A stretch of DNA of 64,000 nt from Octopus vulgaris. Its lineage: Eukaryota. Position numbers and translations under genes: made by a program. Numbering within the stretch: the stretch's first letter is position 1; every line of letters starts with the position of its first letter. The stretch covers positions 99,014,001 through 99,078,000 of the forward strand of contig OX597818.1 of assembly GCA_951406725.2 (NCBI GenBank). Reading direction: 5' to 3'. Below the pieces are notes generated by a model. It saw nothing but the letters and a program-made list of their open reading frames with translations. It did no database searches and was not told the DNA's origin. Of the stretch, positions 53,968-64,000 are shown piece after piece.

Positions 53968-55125
53968 TATATGAGAGATATTCTCTGTATAGAATACACT
54001 TCATAGTGCTCAAGAGATTTAAACTTGAGCCAGTAGAGGAGTAAATGTCAGGATAAGCATGTTAGGCAAGTCAATATACAAAAAATATTAAATACATTTA
54101 ATACAAAAAATGTGTATGTATATATATATCATCATCATCATCCTCATCATCATCATCAATGTTTAACATCTAACTTCCATGATGCATAGGTAGTACAGCT
54201 GACAGGAACCAGCCATGTAGAAGACTACCCTAGGCTAACTGTATGTTTTGGCAGGGTTTTTATAGCTGGATGCCCTTTCTAACACCAACCATTCTGTAGA
54301 GTGGACTTTGCTTTTTACATGGCACTAGCATAGGTGAGGTCAGTTTTGGGATGATTTTTACAGTTGGATGCTCTTCCAAATGCCAACCACTTTACAGTGT
54401 GGACTGGATGCTTTTTAGATAGCACCAGCACAGGCAGAGTTACCAAGTAACTTGCAAGACAAGGAATTTTGAGAGGAGTGGGGGCGTTGGATTTTGTGTC
54501 AGATGAAATGTTAGAGTGTGACAGAGAAATAGAGAGGCAGAAACAGGTGTCTTGCTATAGAGGTACATGGTTACTCAGCAAGAGTGAGAAGAGAGAGAGA
54601 GAGAGAGAAGGGGGAGAGACAGTGGTACAAAAAAGATGACAGAAACAGGTATGCTAATCAATGTAAAGGAGATACTAGGTCACCTAGCCAGAGGGAAAAG
54701 CAAGAGAAGGAGAGAGAATTATCAAGAATGAGGGCAGAAACAGGTGTGCTGCTGTAGGGAAGATACATAGCTACCCAGCCAGTAGGAAGAGTAAAGGAAG
54801 AGAGAGAGATAGAGAGAAAGAGAAAGTCCCTTTGTTGACAACAGAGATAGTATATATTAAATTAACAAAAAGGAAAAGTTTGTTTGCAGAGCAATTAATA
54901 CAGAACTCGAAATTTAATAGTACATTAAAAATAAAGAAAGTTAAAATGAATGAGTACACATGCAATTGTGTGGTACATATAAACATAATATAAACTGAAA
55001 CATAGTTGTGAATCTCAAGGGATAAGTTAGAAAGAAACATGCAAACACAGAAAATCCAATCTTTAATATATTAGCTGTAGAATAAAGATAAAATTAAAAA
55101 ACAAAAGTGACAGACAGTGGCTTAC

Positions 55126-55237
55126 CAAATCACATAATTCTGCTCTAGGCCTCCATTATAGGCTGGCATCCATTGCACTTTAGCTGTAAATAAACTGGTC
55201 GTTACTGTAACATTGTATGGAGCATGTGGAGTTGTCT
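55126..55237 (-). CDS. Exon of an Ig/FN3 cell-adhesion gene (Turtle/IGSF9-like), N-terminal half of an FN3 domain
   Basis: Minus strand: polypyrimidine acceptor ttctctttttcAG, then (x)TTPHAPYNVTVTTSLFTAKVQWMPAYNGGLEQNYVI-W, then donor GTAAG. 112 bp, ends in phase 2 (TG|). The P-x-N-V and W-x-P-x-Y-x-G-G pattern fits FN3 strands A-C. The Turtle/IGSF9 name is from recalled similarity. Confidence 0.9.
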
Positions 55238-56856
55238 CTGAAAAAGAGAATGAAATGAAGTTATATTTCACTCTAGATAATTTATATCTTAAAACTGTAT
55301 GAGACAAAATTTTCGTTGCATACTAAGTCATAATTCAACTTATGTCTCAACTGATTGTTCTTACTAATTAAGCTGTTATACTAATATTTCAATGCTCTGT
55401 GTACAACTTTCTGAAAATTAAAATGTTGTGTAATCTATTGGCAACACCAAAAACTTTTTTTTCTGCCTTATGCCTGCAACAACCAACAAAACATTAATGA
55501 GGTTATCCTCTGAAAAAACGCAAACACAAGGTTTATTGAATTAATTTACTGCATATTAAATATTTAATATATACTACCTGTATGTACCTAGGTTAGAAAT
55601 GCTGCACAATTTTAGATAGCTATGTTACAACAAACTTGAATCCAGATGATGAAATTCAAATTGTCATTCTAGAACACATTTATTTTCTGAAGTCATGCTT
55701 CCATGTAGGCTAATTTGTTTTAGGTATCTCAATTCCTATACATTAAAATTTTTCTAATCATATATACATCTACATCATGTGACCAAACAAGTGCAGTCCC
55801 CTCTCTTGCACACTACATATAATTTCTCTTATGCCCAACACTTTTCTCTCAATACACTAATGCTCAGTTGCACATGTACACTGACATGGTAGGAGTGTAC
55901 CAGCTTAATTCCTCTCAAGTCTTCACATATCTTCTACATTCAAGGCCTACATATCACTGGCATGTAGCACTGCAGTTCACACAGACAAACAGACACAGAC
56001 ACACACATATATATACATATGTGTACATGTATATATGTTGAATACATGCATACACATAACCATGTATGTATATGCACCAGCATATATAGACATACATGTA
56101 CATACATACATACATACATGCATGCAAACACATACTTATTCAGTCTCCTGCTTTTACAGAAAATTCAATAAAGTTTTCAGATATTCTACGCTGAAGAAAG
56201 CAAGATCTATTTAATTCTGGAACTCCATTCAAAATTGCCACAAGAATTCTATGTTGTTGAGCTTGTAGTCATTATCAGTGACATCATTATCATCACCACC
56301 TTCATGAACCTAGTAAAACAGCGGTGAATTGGCAGAAATAGTATTTAGTTTTACTCTACTCTGTGAATTTGAAATTGATGAAGATCAGCTTTATCACCTT
56401 TATCCTTCGAAGATTTATAAAGTAATCATTAGGAGCAGTTGATTTAGTCCAATTGTTCTCATCCCTTTAAACAACAGACCTTGCGTCCAAGCAAGAAATC
56501 CTCTTTATTACTTGAGGCTTTAAAAATTATAAACTTGAAGCTACATGGCATCTTGTTCTGTATATAATTGTTTAAAAATCCTATCAGTCAATATCCCCTT
56601 TCACTCCTTCAAAGTCAATAAACAAGCCAATGAGAAAACTTCTATATAGCCATTTTGACTGATAGAAAGAGACAAATTTCCATCAAATTACAAGCACACT
56701 TCAGTATAGCTAATACCCTTCATCATATAGCTGCTGAATCAGAGATGGCTTTCAATAACAATAAAATAAGTATCAGTAATACATTTGGATGATTTAAATA
56801 ATTTAAGCACCTCTCTGGAACAACTGATTTAGTGCTTCAAAAGTTAACAATAATAA

Positions 56857-57566
56857 TCCTTTCTACTATAAGCACAAGGCCTGGAATTTGTGGAGAGGGG
56901 GATAGTCGATTACATCGACCCAGTACTTGACTGGTACTTAATTTATCAAACCTGAAAGGATGAAAGGCAAAGTTGACCTCAGTGGAATTTGAACTCAAAA
57001 TGTAAAGCTGGATGAAATACTGCTAAGCATTTTGCCACTGCATGCTAACGATTCTGTCAATCCACCACCTTGTTGCTGCTGCTGATGATGATGATGATGA
57101 CGACGATCATCATCATCATCACTACCACCACCACCACCACTACCATCATCATCGTCATAATCATCATCATCCTTGCTACTATAGCAAAATGGCCTGGAAT
57201 TTTAGGGGAAGGGTTAATCAATTTCACTGATTGCAGTATTTGACTGGTACTTTGTTTATCAACTCTAAAAGGATGAAAGACAAAGTTGACCTTAGCAGAA
57301 TTTGAACTCAGAATGTAAAGACAGATGAAATACCTATTTCTTTACTACCCACAAGGGGCTAAATACAGAGAGGACAAACAAGGACAGACAAATGGATTAA
57401 GTCGATTATATCGACTCCAGTGCGTAACTGGTACTTATTTAATCGACCCCAAAAGGATGAAAGGCAAAGTCGACCTTGGCGGAATTTGAACTCAGAATGT
57501 AACGGCAGACGAAATACGGCTATGCATTTCACCCGGCATGCTAACGTTTCTGCCAGCTCACTGCCC
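56857..57566 (-). mobile_element. Cluster of three copies of a second tRNA-derived SINE
   Basis: Three repeats of CTGGTACTT...AAAGGATGAAAG(G/A)CAAAGT(C/T)GACCT...GAATTTGAACTC; minus-strand B box GAGTTCAAATTC; head at ~57566. Confidence 0.8.
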
Positions 57567-57627
57567 TATGCATTATGCATTTTGTTCGGTGTGGTGATGA
57601 TGATTAATGATGATGATGATGATTATA

Positions 57628-58034
57628 GGCGCAGGAGTGGCTATGTGGTAAGTAGCTTGTTTACCAACCACATGGTTCCGGGTTCAGTCCCACTGCATGG
57701 CACCTTGGGCAAGTGTCTTCTACTATGGCCTCAGGCTGACCAAAGCCTTGTGAGTGGATTTGGTAGACAGAAACTGAAAGAAGCCCGTCGTATATATGTA
57801 TATATATGTATGTGCGTGTATGTTTGTGTGTCTGTGTTTGTCCCCCTAGCATTGCTTGACAACCGATGCTGGTGTGTTTATGTCCCCGTCACTTAGTGGT
57901 TCGGCAAAAGAGACCGATAGAATAAGTACTGGGCTTACAAAGAATAAGTCCCGGGGTCGAGTTGCTCGATTAAAGGCGGTGCTCCAGCATGGCCACAGTC
58001 AAAATGACTGAAACAAGTAAAAAGAGAAAAAGAG
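57628..58034 (+). mobile_element. tRNA-derived octopus-type SINE, full length
   Basis: A/B-box-like head TGGCTATGTGG...GGTTCAGTCCC, central TA/TG microsatellite, tail GGTGCTCCAGCATGGCCACAGTC...TGAAAC. Diverged copies near 13960-14140(-), 37248-37590, 37970-38360, 38840-39000(-), 52900-53218(-). Confidence 0.85.
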
Positions 58035-59695
58035 ATGGTGATGGAAGCTATTAATGTGCTGAACTTATGGCATGGTTATGAGGTCAAACCTTAGTTCAAG
58101 TATTCAGTTCAAACCTTACAACAGGAATAATACTTAGATACAGTTCACTATCTTTTATATGCTAGCAAGTTTTGTTCTTATTTTATAGCTGTAATTTTTG
58201 TTAAGAGTATCCACAGGTAAAAGACATTCCATTCAAAAGTTTACTCATGCCAAAATTTTCTGCAGTAGAATTAACATATCTTTTAGTCTTTGTCTACTCA
58301 AGTAGTACAAATCAACAATCATATTAAAACTTTTCCTAACATGCCATCAAATATGACATTTGTGATAAGATTTATATCTATAAAATTAATATTTATAAAT
58401 TCAAAATCCACTGCATTTTAATATTCAGCTAATACTAATGTGCATGTGTGTTTGTGTACATGTATATACACACACAGCATAAAATGAAGAGGTATGAGAA
58501 GTGAAAATAATTTTATTTTTCCATATGATAACAGCCATTTTGTAATGGTATGTGAAATTATATGTACATGATTGCATCAATATGTATGTTCAGCATCATA
58601 CAATACAATTGGATATTCACAAATCAACGCAAATAAAAAGATAACTTATGAGATCACTGGAACATAATAGTTAGACCTATAATTTAACTGGATTTTCGAC
58701 TACATTACACAACATGGTAATTGATTACATTGTAAACTGATAGCTGATTCTGAATGAAGTGCTTACTGTGAAAGCTGCATGACTTGTTGGATCCATACTT
58801 TACAGTACCCTTTTGTGTGTGTGTGTGTGTGTTTGCATGCATGCAAATGCATTTAATCTTTCTTGTCTATGCTAGCATGGGTGGACAGGGGTTTATTTCA
58901 CACAAGATTTTACACTTCCTGTCACCAACTTTTATCTGTTTTCAAGGGATATTTTTCATTCTACAGGTCTTAAAAATCACATATCAACCAGTTATAATAT
59001 TGATGAAATTTATAAACATTACATTGTTTTGCTCAGAAAGTTACACATCAAACTGAGAAATATCAACATTTAAGCATTTCCACACACACAAGTATGCATA
59101 CATAAATAGCAAGCATCTATAGTCTTTGTTTAACAAATTCACTCATATGTGTGTATGTGCGTGTGTGTGTCAGTATGTATGTGTGTGTGTATTCATATAT
59201 TCCATCACATATTTTCTGAGTATATGACTATGAGTATGTTTCATGTCCGCCTTTTAGGTGTATATATATTTTATTAATTTGTATTTCTGTGTGTATTTAT
59301 TCTTTGAATATATGTGTTTATATTGCTAAATTTTAAATTTCATTGGGGATTTTCCACTTACACCACAGTCCTCTTTACTTAACTTGATATTTATTGATTA
59401 TCACATCACTTTGCAAAAATATTTTTGATTGCAGGTTTCAGAAAAAAATAAATAACATTGTCATGAATTTTAAGTTATTTTGGTTAAATGCAAACACTTT
59501 CAACAATTGAGTCACTTATGTTAATTTACAACCAATTAATGTGTGTGTGTGTATGCACGTGTGTGCATGATTGCATATACGCACACAAACATACTCTTAT
59601 GTACTGAGTTCAATTCTTCCTATTTGTTCCCTAGTATCTGTTCTGTATTTCTTTATTGATGAACTCTGTCTACTAACTCAAATCTGCAATCCAGC

Positions 59696-61000
59696 ATGGA
59701 ACAATTTCACATCCTATGTTCAATGGAAAATATACCAATCCCATCAAGGAATGTATATATGACAAAGTTTATTGAAATAAACAAAACAACTTATTAAACG
59801 CATGTTTGTAAAGTATACTTTTGCAACAGGAGCTCACAAAGCAGTCTGTATTCAAAATCAGAAAATACAACTTTCTGAACATGATAAAGAAAGTAAAGTT
59901 CATAAATTATTCCAGCAACTTCCAATACACTTCAATGAATGACTTGAAGTATTTCCATAACTCTTTTAAATAGATACCTACTTCAGATAAGGTGAAAAAT
60001 ATGAAACTGTGAAAAATTAGTATGAACAACACCTTTCTAATAATATTACAAAGATTAAAAGAAAAGTAATCCAAACACATACAAATGTACTAAGAAGGAA
60101 GCTAAACAGTTGGCTTCAGCCTGTAAGTTAGATGATAGAAGTGAATGTTTAGCTGCAAAAGACTATAAATAAACCTAATTTCTCATCTGACCCTAAACGC
60201 AGGTTTACTAATCCTGCATGAGCAAAAAAGTCATTAGCAAGGTCATATTTGATGCAATTAATGACAGAATTATGCAATCTACTAACCATTATCCCTGGTA
60301 AGACAGGTTCTTCAGTATATTCAGATAGTTTGACAATCATTGATTTTATACTTATCACTGAAATGAAAGCCTTTAATGAAGGTCTTTGAAATAAGCTGCA
60401 TAGATTTGGACATGGATGCCAGTGTACCTGCTAGAAAATCTCTTCTATCTTTTGATAATTCTTTCTGGATAAAGTATAATGGCTTAGAACTTACCAATGT
60501 TTCTATGGGTGGTTTTGGTAAAAGCTGAAATTTGCAATCTAATAGGATTACCTATTTTATACAATCTTCCATCCAAATTTGATTTTATAGAATTAGGATT
60601 ATACAGTGATGATGGTCTAAGAATGACCAACAATTACATAGACTTAAAAAGTTACAGCTGTAAAGATAATTTCACCTATTCATTAGCCAAGATTAACAGG
60701 AAGAATTTAGATTTCTGCTCCATACATAATTCCTTCTCTCAATGCAATTGCCTTACTATGAGTACTTGCTCTCTGAATGGAAAATGCATTTAAAATATAT
60801 GTTGTATGCTGCGCGGTAAGGTTTCCACTTATAATAGTAACATAAAGTGCTGCATATGCCTTACTGATAACATTTTTCAATACACACATGTACATGAAGC
60901 TACAGAACTGCAGCAATACAACTGAAATACAACTGGATTTTAAAACATAACAATATCTCCAATTACATACTTATACATCAATTGCCAAGACTGCTCCCTT
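59696..61000 (+). mobile_element. Old, internally deleted Naiad-type PLE
   Basis: Ordered motifs MEQFHILCSMENIPIP, KQLIKRM, KPNFSSDPKRRFTNPA, ISKVIFDAIN, MGGF..AEICNLIG, GLYSDDGL (RT catalytic motif), CNCLTMSTCSLNGKC (CxCx5C); many stops and frameshifts. Confidence 0.78.
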
Positions 61001-61411
61001 TGCATATCCAAACAATGCAATATCCTAACATAGCCTGGTTAAATTCTAAATTGGAGATGATTCCTTCGTGATCCTTCATGATCACACCAAAGCAAATTCA
61101 GCCCACAATTTTTCAATTACTCACTACTGCATAAACTATAAACTGTGTAATATGCATGTGTGCACGCACACACACTGACACACACATACACGTGTGTATA
61201 TATATATACACACACACACACATATATGAATATATGTGTGAGTATTCTTTTTTGAAACAGTGAAGCTGAAGGCAGATAAAACTATAAATTACAGCTGGTA
61301 AATATTGGGCTAAAAAACCCATAGAAAGAAAAAGTTGAAGGTTGCCAGTGGGATAAGAACCAACATATTTTGTAAACATGACAGATATTCTATCATTGGA
61401 CTGAAGTAATC

Positions 61412-61477
61412 TATCTATCCATATTAGAAACTTTATTCTTACCATATCTATCCATATTAGAAACTTTATTCTTACCA
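61412..61477. repeat. 33-bp perfect tandem duplication
   Basis: TATCTATCCATATTAGAAACTTTATTCTTACCA twice. Confidence 0.95.
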
Positions 61478-61671
61478 GCAAAAATTATACATTGTTGACA
61501 TCTTAGGAATTTATAAACTGCTAGAAAATGAGAAATAATTCCTTTTTGGAAGCATAAAACTCAAAAAGATAAAGCTATAAATAATAGTCTGTAGAGGTCA
61601 GCTTAAAAAAAAAACCCTTTCAAAAGAAAAAGTCAAAGATAGCCTTGATATATATATATATATATATATAT

Positions 61672-63033
61672 ATTGATAAAACGGTAAGATAACAAAAGAA
61701 AGAAAGAGACCTCAATATTATGTAAATAGAGGAAATTTATCTATACAATATGTTACATTACTCGGTAGTCAAGATAAAACTCTGAGTTTCAGATGCCGAA
61801 GTGGAAATCCACAACACCATCTCTTCGGTTATCTGGCTATTTGAAAACGTTATGAAAAAATACCGTTAAAAATGAAGGGAAATTACTCTGTTATAACTCT
61901 GCTTTGCCTGCGTACTTATACATCGCTCGCATTTTTCGTCATAAAAATTATATAAAAATACATAAAAATATATAAAAAAATATATAAAAATATATAAAAA
62001 TATATAAAATCTTCTTGGGACATAACACAGAAAGCATGTTCTATCCGTTTTCTTTAGGGGACCAAAACGTAACAGAAATTTAGTCACATGTGGGCATGAT
62101 CCGAAAAGTTCTGTCCTTGTATTTAGACATGTGGTAGGGTCTAAGCTGCTTTTCCAGATAAGCCATCTCTCCATGTCGCATAAACCGCACCTTCCGCTGC
62201 CGTTAGTATAGGGCTTACATCTGGCCAAAATCTTCCATTGTATGTTATAATCGACACCTTTATCTCTTAAAGACCAAATATGATTGGATAATTGTGTCGC
62301 TTTTCTTTGTTCCAGTGCCTAAAGCTCAAAGTGTGGTTATTGAACCTGGCCTTGAAATTACCCTCTGTCAGGCCCACGTATTTCTTCGTCAAAACGGTGT
62401 CTTTAGTGGTTATAGAGTTTACGGTAGCTTCATATATGATGGTCTTGGACATGCAAGCTCCATTTAGCGGGCACAATTCTTTATTCCTGCATGAACAGCT
62501 GTTTTCTTCTTGTGTTTTTTGTATGTTATGATTGATTATGTTTTTAAAATTGGTAGTTGAACTAAAACTAATTTTTAAATTGTGTCTATTGAAGAGTTTC
62601 CTATAAGCATGGTTAACTGGAAAATGTCTATCTATTAGTGCTAGAAATATTTACCTATATTGAAGGCCACCTCGGGTGAGTAAGGGCGTAAACCAGATGA
62701 CCTTCCTATTTCTATTATTCCTTTTCCTTATTGTTGGGCTGGTGATAGGTGTATATTTTATTTTTTCGCTAAAACCACTATCTTTTAAAGCTTTATTATA
62801 AACTGGGGCAACGCTATTGAAGATGTCCTCATTAGATGAGAGGCTAGAAATCCTCTTACTAATATTTTTAACTAAATTTTTGAATACTATAGGGGATGGC
62901 ATGAACCTACATTAATATAACTTAGTCTATCATTGGGCTTCCTATAAGGCTTATAAATATTATTATTAAGATCTAAGGAAACGTCTAAGAAATTGACAAC
63001 CGTCAGGTTAGTGTCTATAGTTATACTAAGTCC
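61672..63033 (-). mobile_element. Young Naiad-type PLE, 5'-truncated (left arm of palindrome) with 3' terminal region
   Basis: Thumb ISKRISSLSSNEDIF, CSCRNKELCPLNGAC, IIYEATV...YVGLTEGNFKARFNNH, RCGLC; HHR-like motif; abuts (TA)n at ~61648-61672. Confidence 0.92.
61772..61834 (-). ncRNA. Hammerhead-like motif in the PLE 3' terminal region
   Basis: Minus strand AGATAA-CCGAAGA-GATG...CATC-T-GAAAC-TCAGA-GTT-TTATCT: 6-bp helix I; core has U4->C; predicted triplet GUU. Confidence 0.7.
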
Positions 63034-64000
63034 GGACTTAGTATAACTATAGACACTAACCTGACGGTTGTCAATTTCTTAGACGTTTCCTTAGATCTTA
63101 ATAATAATATTTATAAGCCTTATAGGAAGCCCAATGATAGACTAAGTTATATTAATGTAGGTTTATGCCATCCCCCTATAGTATTCAAAAATTTAGTTAA
63201 AAATATTAGTAAGAGGATTTCTAGCCTCTCATCTAATGAGGACATCTTCAATAGCGTTGCCCCAGTTTATAATAAAGCTTTAAAAGATAGTGGTTTTAGC
63301 GAAAAATAAAATATACACCTATCACCAGCCCAACAATAAGGAAAAGGAATAATAGAAATAGGAAGGTCATCTGGTTTACGCCCCTTACTCACCCGAGGTG
63401 GCCTTCAATATAGGTAAATATTTCCTAGCACTAATAGATAGACATTTTCCAGTTAACCATGCTTATAGGAAACTCTTCAATAGACACAATTTAAAAATTA
63501 GTTTTAGTTCAACTACCAATTTTAAAAACATAATCAATCATAACATACAAAAAACACAAGAAGAAAACAGCTGTTCATGCAGGAATAAAGAATTGTGCCC
63601 GCTAAATGGAGCTTGCATGTCCAAGACCATCATATATGAAGCTACCGTAAACTCTATAACCACTAAAGACACCGTTTTGACGAAGAAATACGTGGGCCTG
63701 ACAGAGGGTAATTTCAAGGCCAGGTTCAATAACCACACTTTGAGCTTTAGGCACTGGAACAAAAGAAAAGCGACACAATTATCCAATCATATTTGGTCTT
63801 TAAGAGATAAAGGTGTCGATTATAACATACAATGGAAGATTTTGGCCAGATGTAAGCCCTATACTAACGGCAGCGGAAGGTGCGGTTTATGCGACATGGA
63901 GAGATGGCTTATCTGGAAAAGCAGCTTAGACCCTACCACATGTCTAAATACAAGGACAGAACTTTTCGGATCATGCCCACATGTGACTAAATTTCTGTTA
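63034..64000 (+). mobile_element. Young Naiad-type PLE, right arm of palindrome (runs off window)
   Basis: GLSITIDTNLTVVNFLDVSLDL...YKPYRKPN...HPP, then linker and GIY-YIG through CPHVTKFLL; reverse complement of 62070-63033. Confidence 0.92.

Noticed and set aside
62292-62531. ORF pair 62292-62531(+) and 63538-63786(-) with near-identical peptide
   Set aside because: Antisense frames of the GIY-YIG coding region, duplicated by the palindrome.
63560-64000. Selenocysteine (in-frame UGA) recoding reported for some Naiad elements
   Set aside because: The visible CxCx5C and CxxC cysteines use TGT/TGC, and there is no in-frame TGA in the reconstructed frame.

Overview
AT-rich, microsatellite-dense animal DNA, most likely an octopus (inferred from the SINE families), and almost entirely intronic. 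Two minus-strand exons (55126-55237 and 48690-48868) splice in frame into one fibronectin type-III domain resembling Turtle/IGSF9. The rest is transposon-derived: SINEs, mariner and DD37D elements, RTE/CR1/R4-type LINE remnants, and many Penelope-like elements (PLEs, mostly Naiad-type). The notable signal is a recurring architecture of head-to-head fold-back insertions (3.5, 3.9-4.6, 14.5, 15.3-19, 47.1 and 61.7-64 kb), often next to (TA)n tracts, most with hammerhead ribozyme (HHR) motifs. These include HHRs with 60-90 nt stem-II expansions, a ~1.9 kb zero-spacer palindrome, and a non-coding element joining a tRNA-derived Pol III head to an HHR and a PLE-style inverted end with a 12-bp TSD. 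Most ORFs in the supplied track are microsatellite or SINE artefacts. All assignments are by eye; no searches were run.
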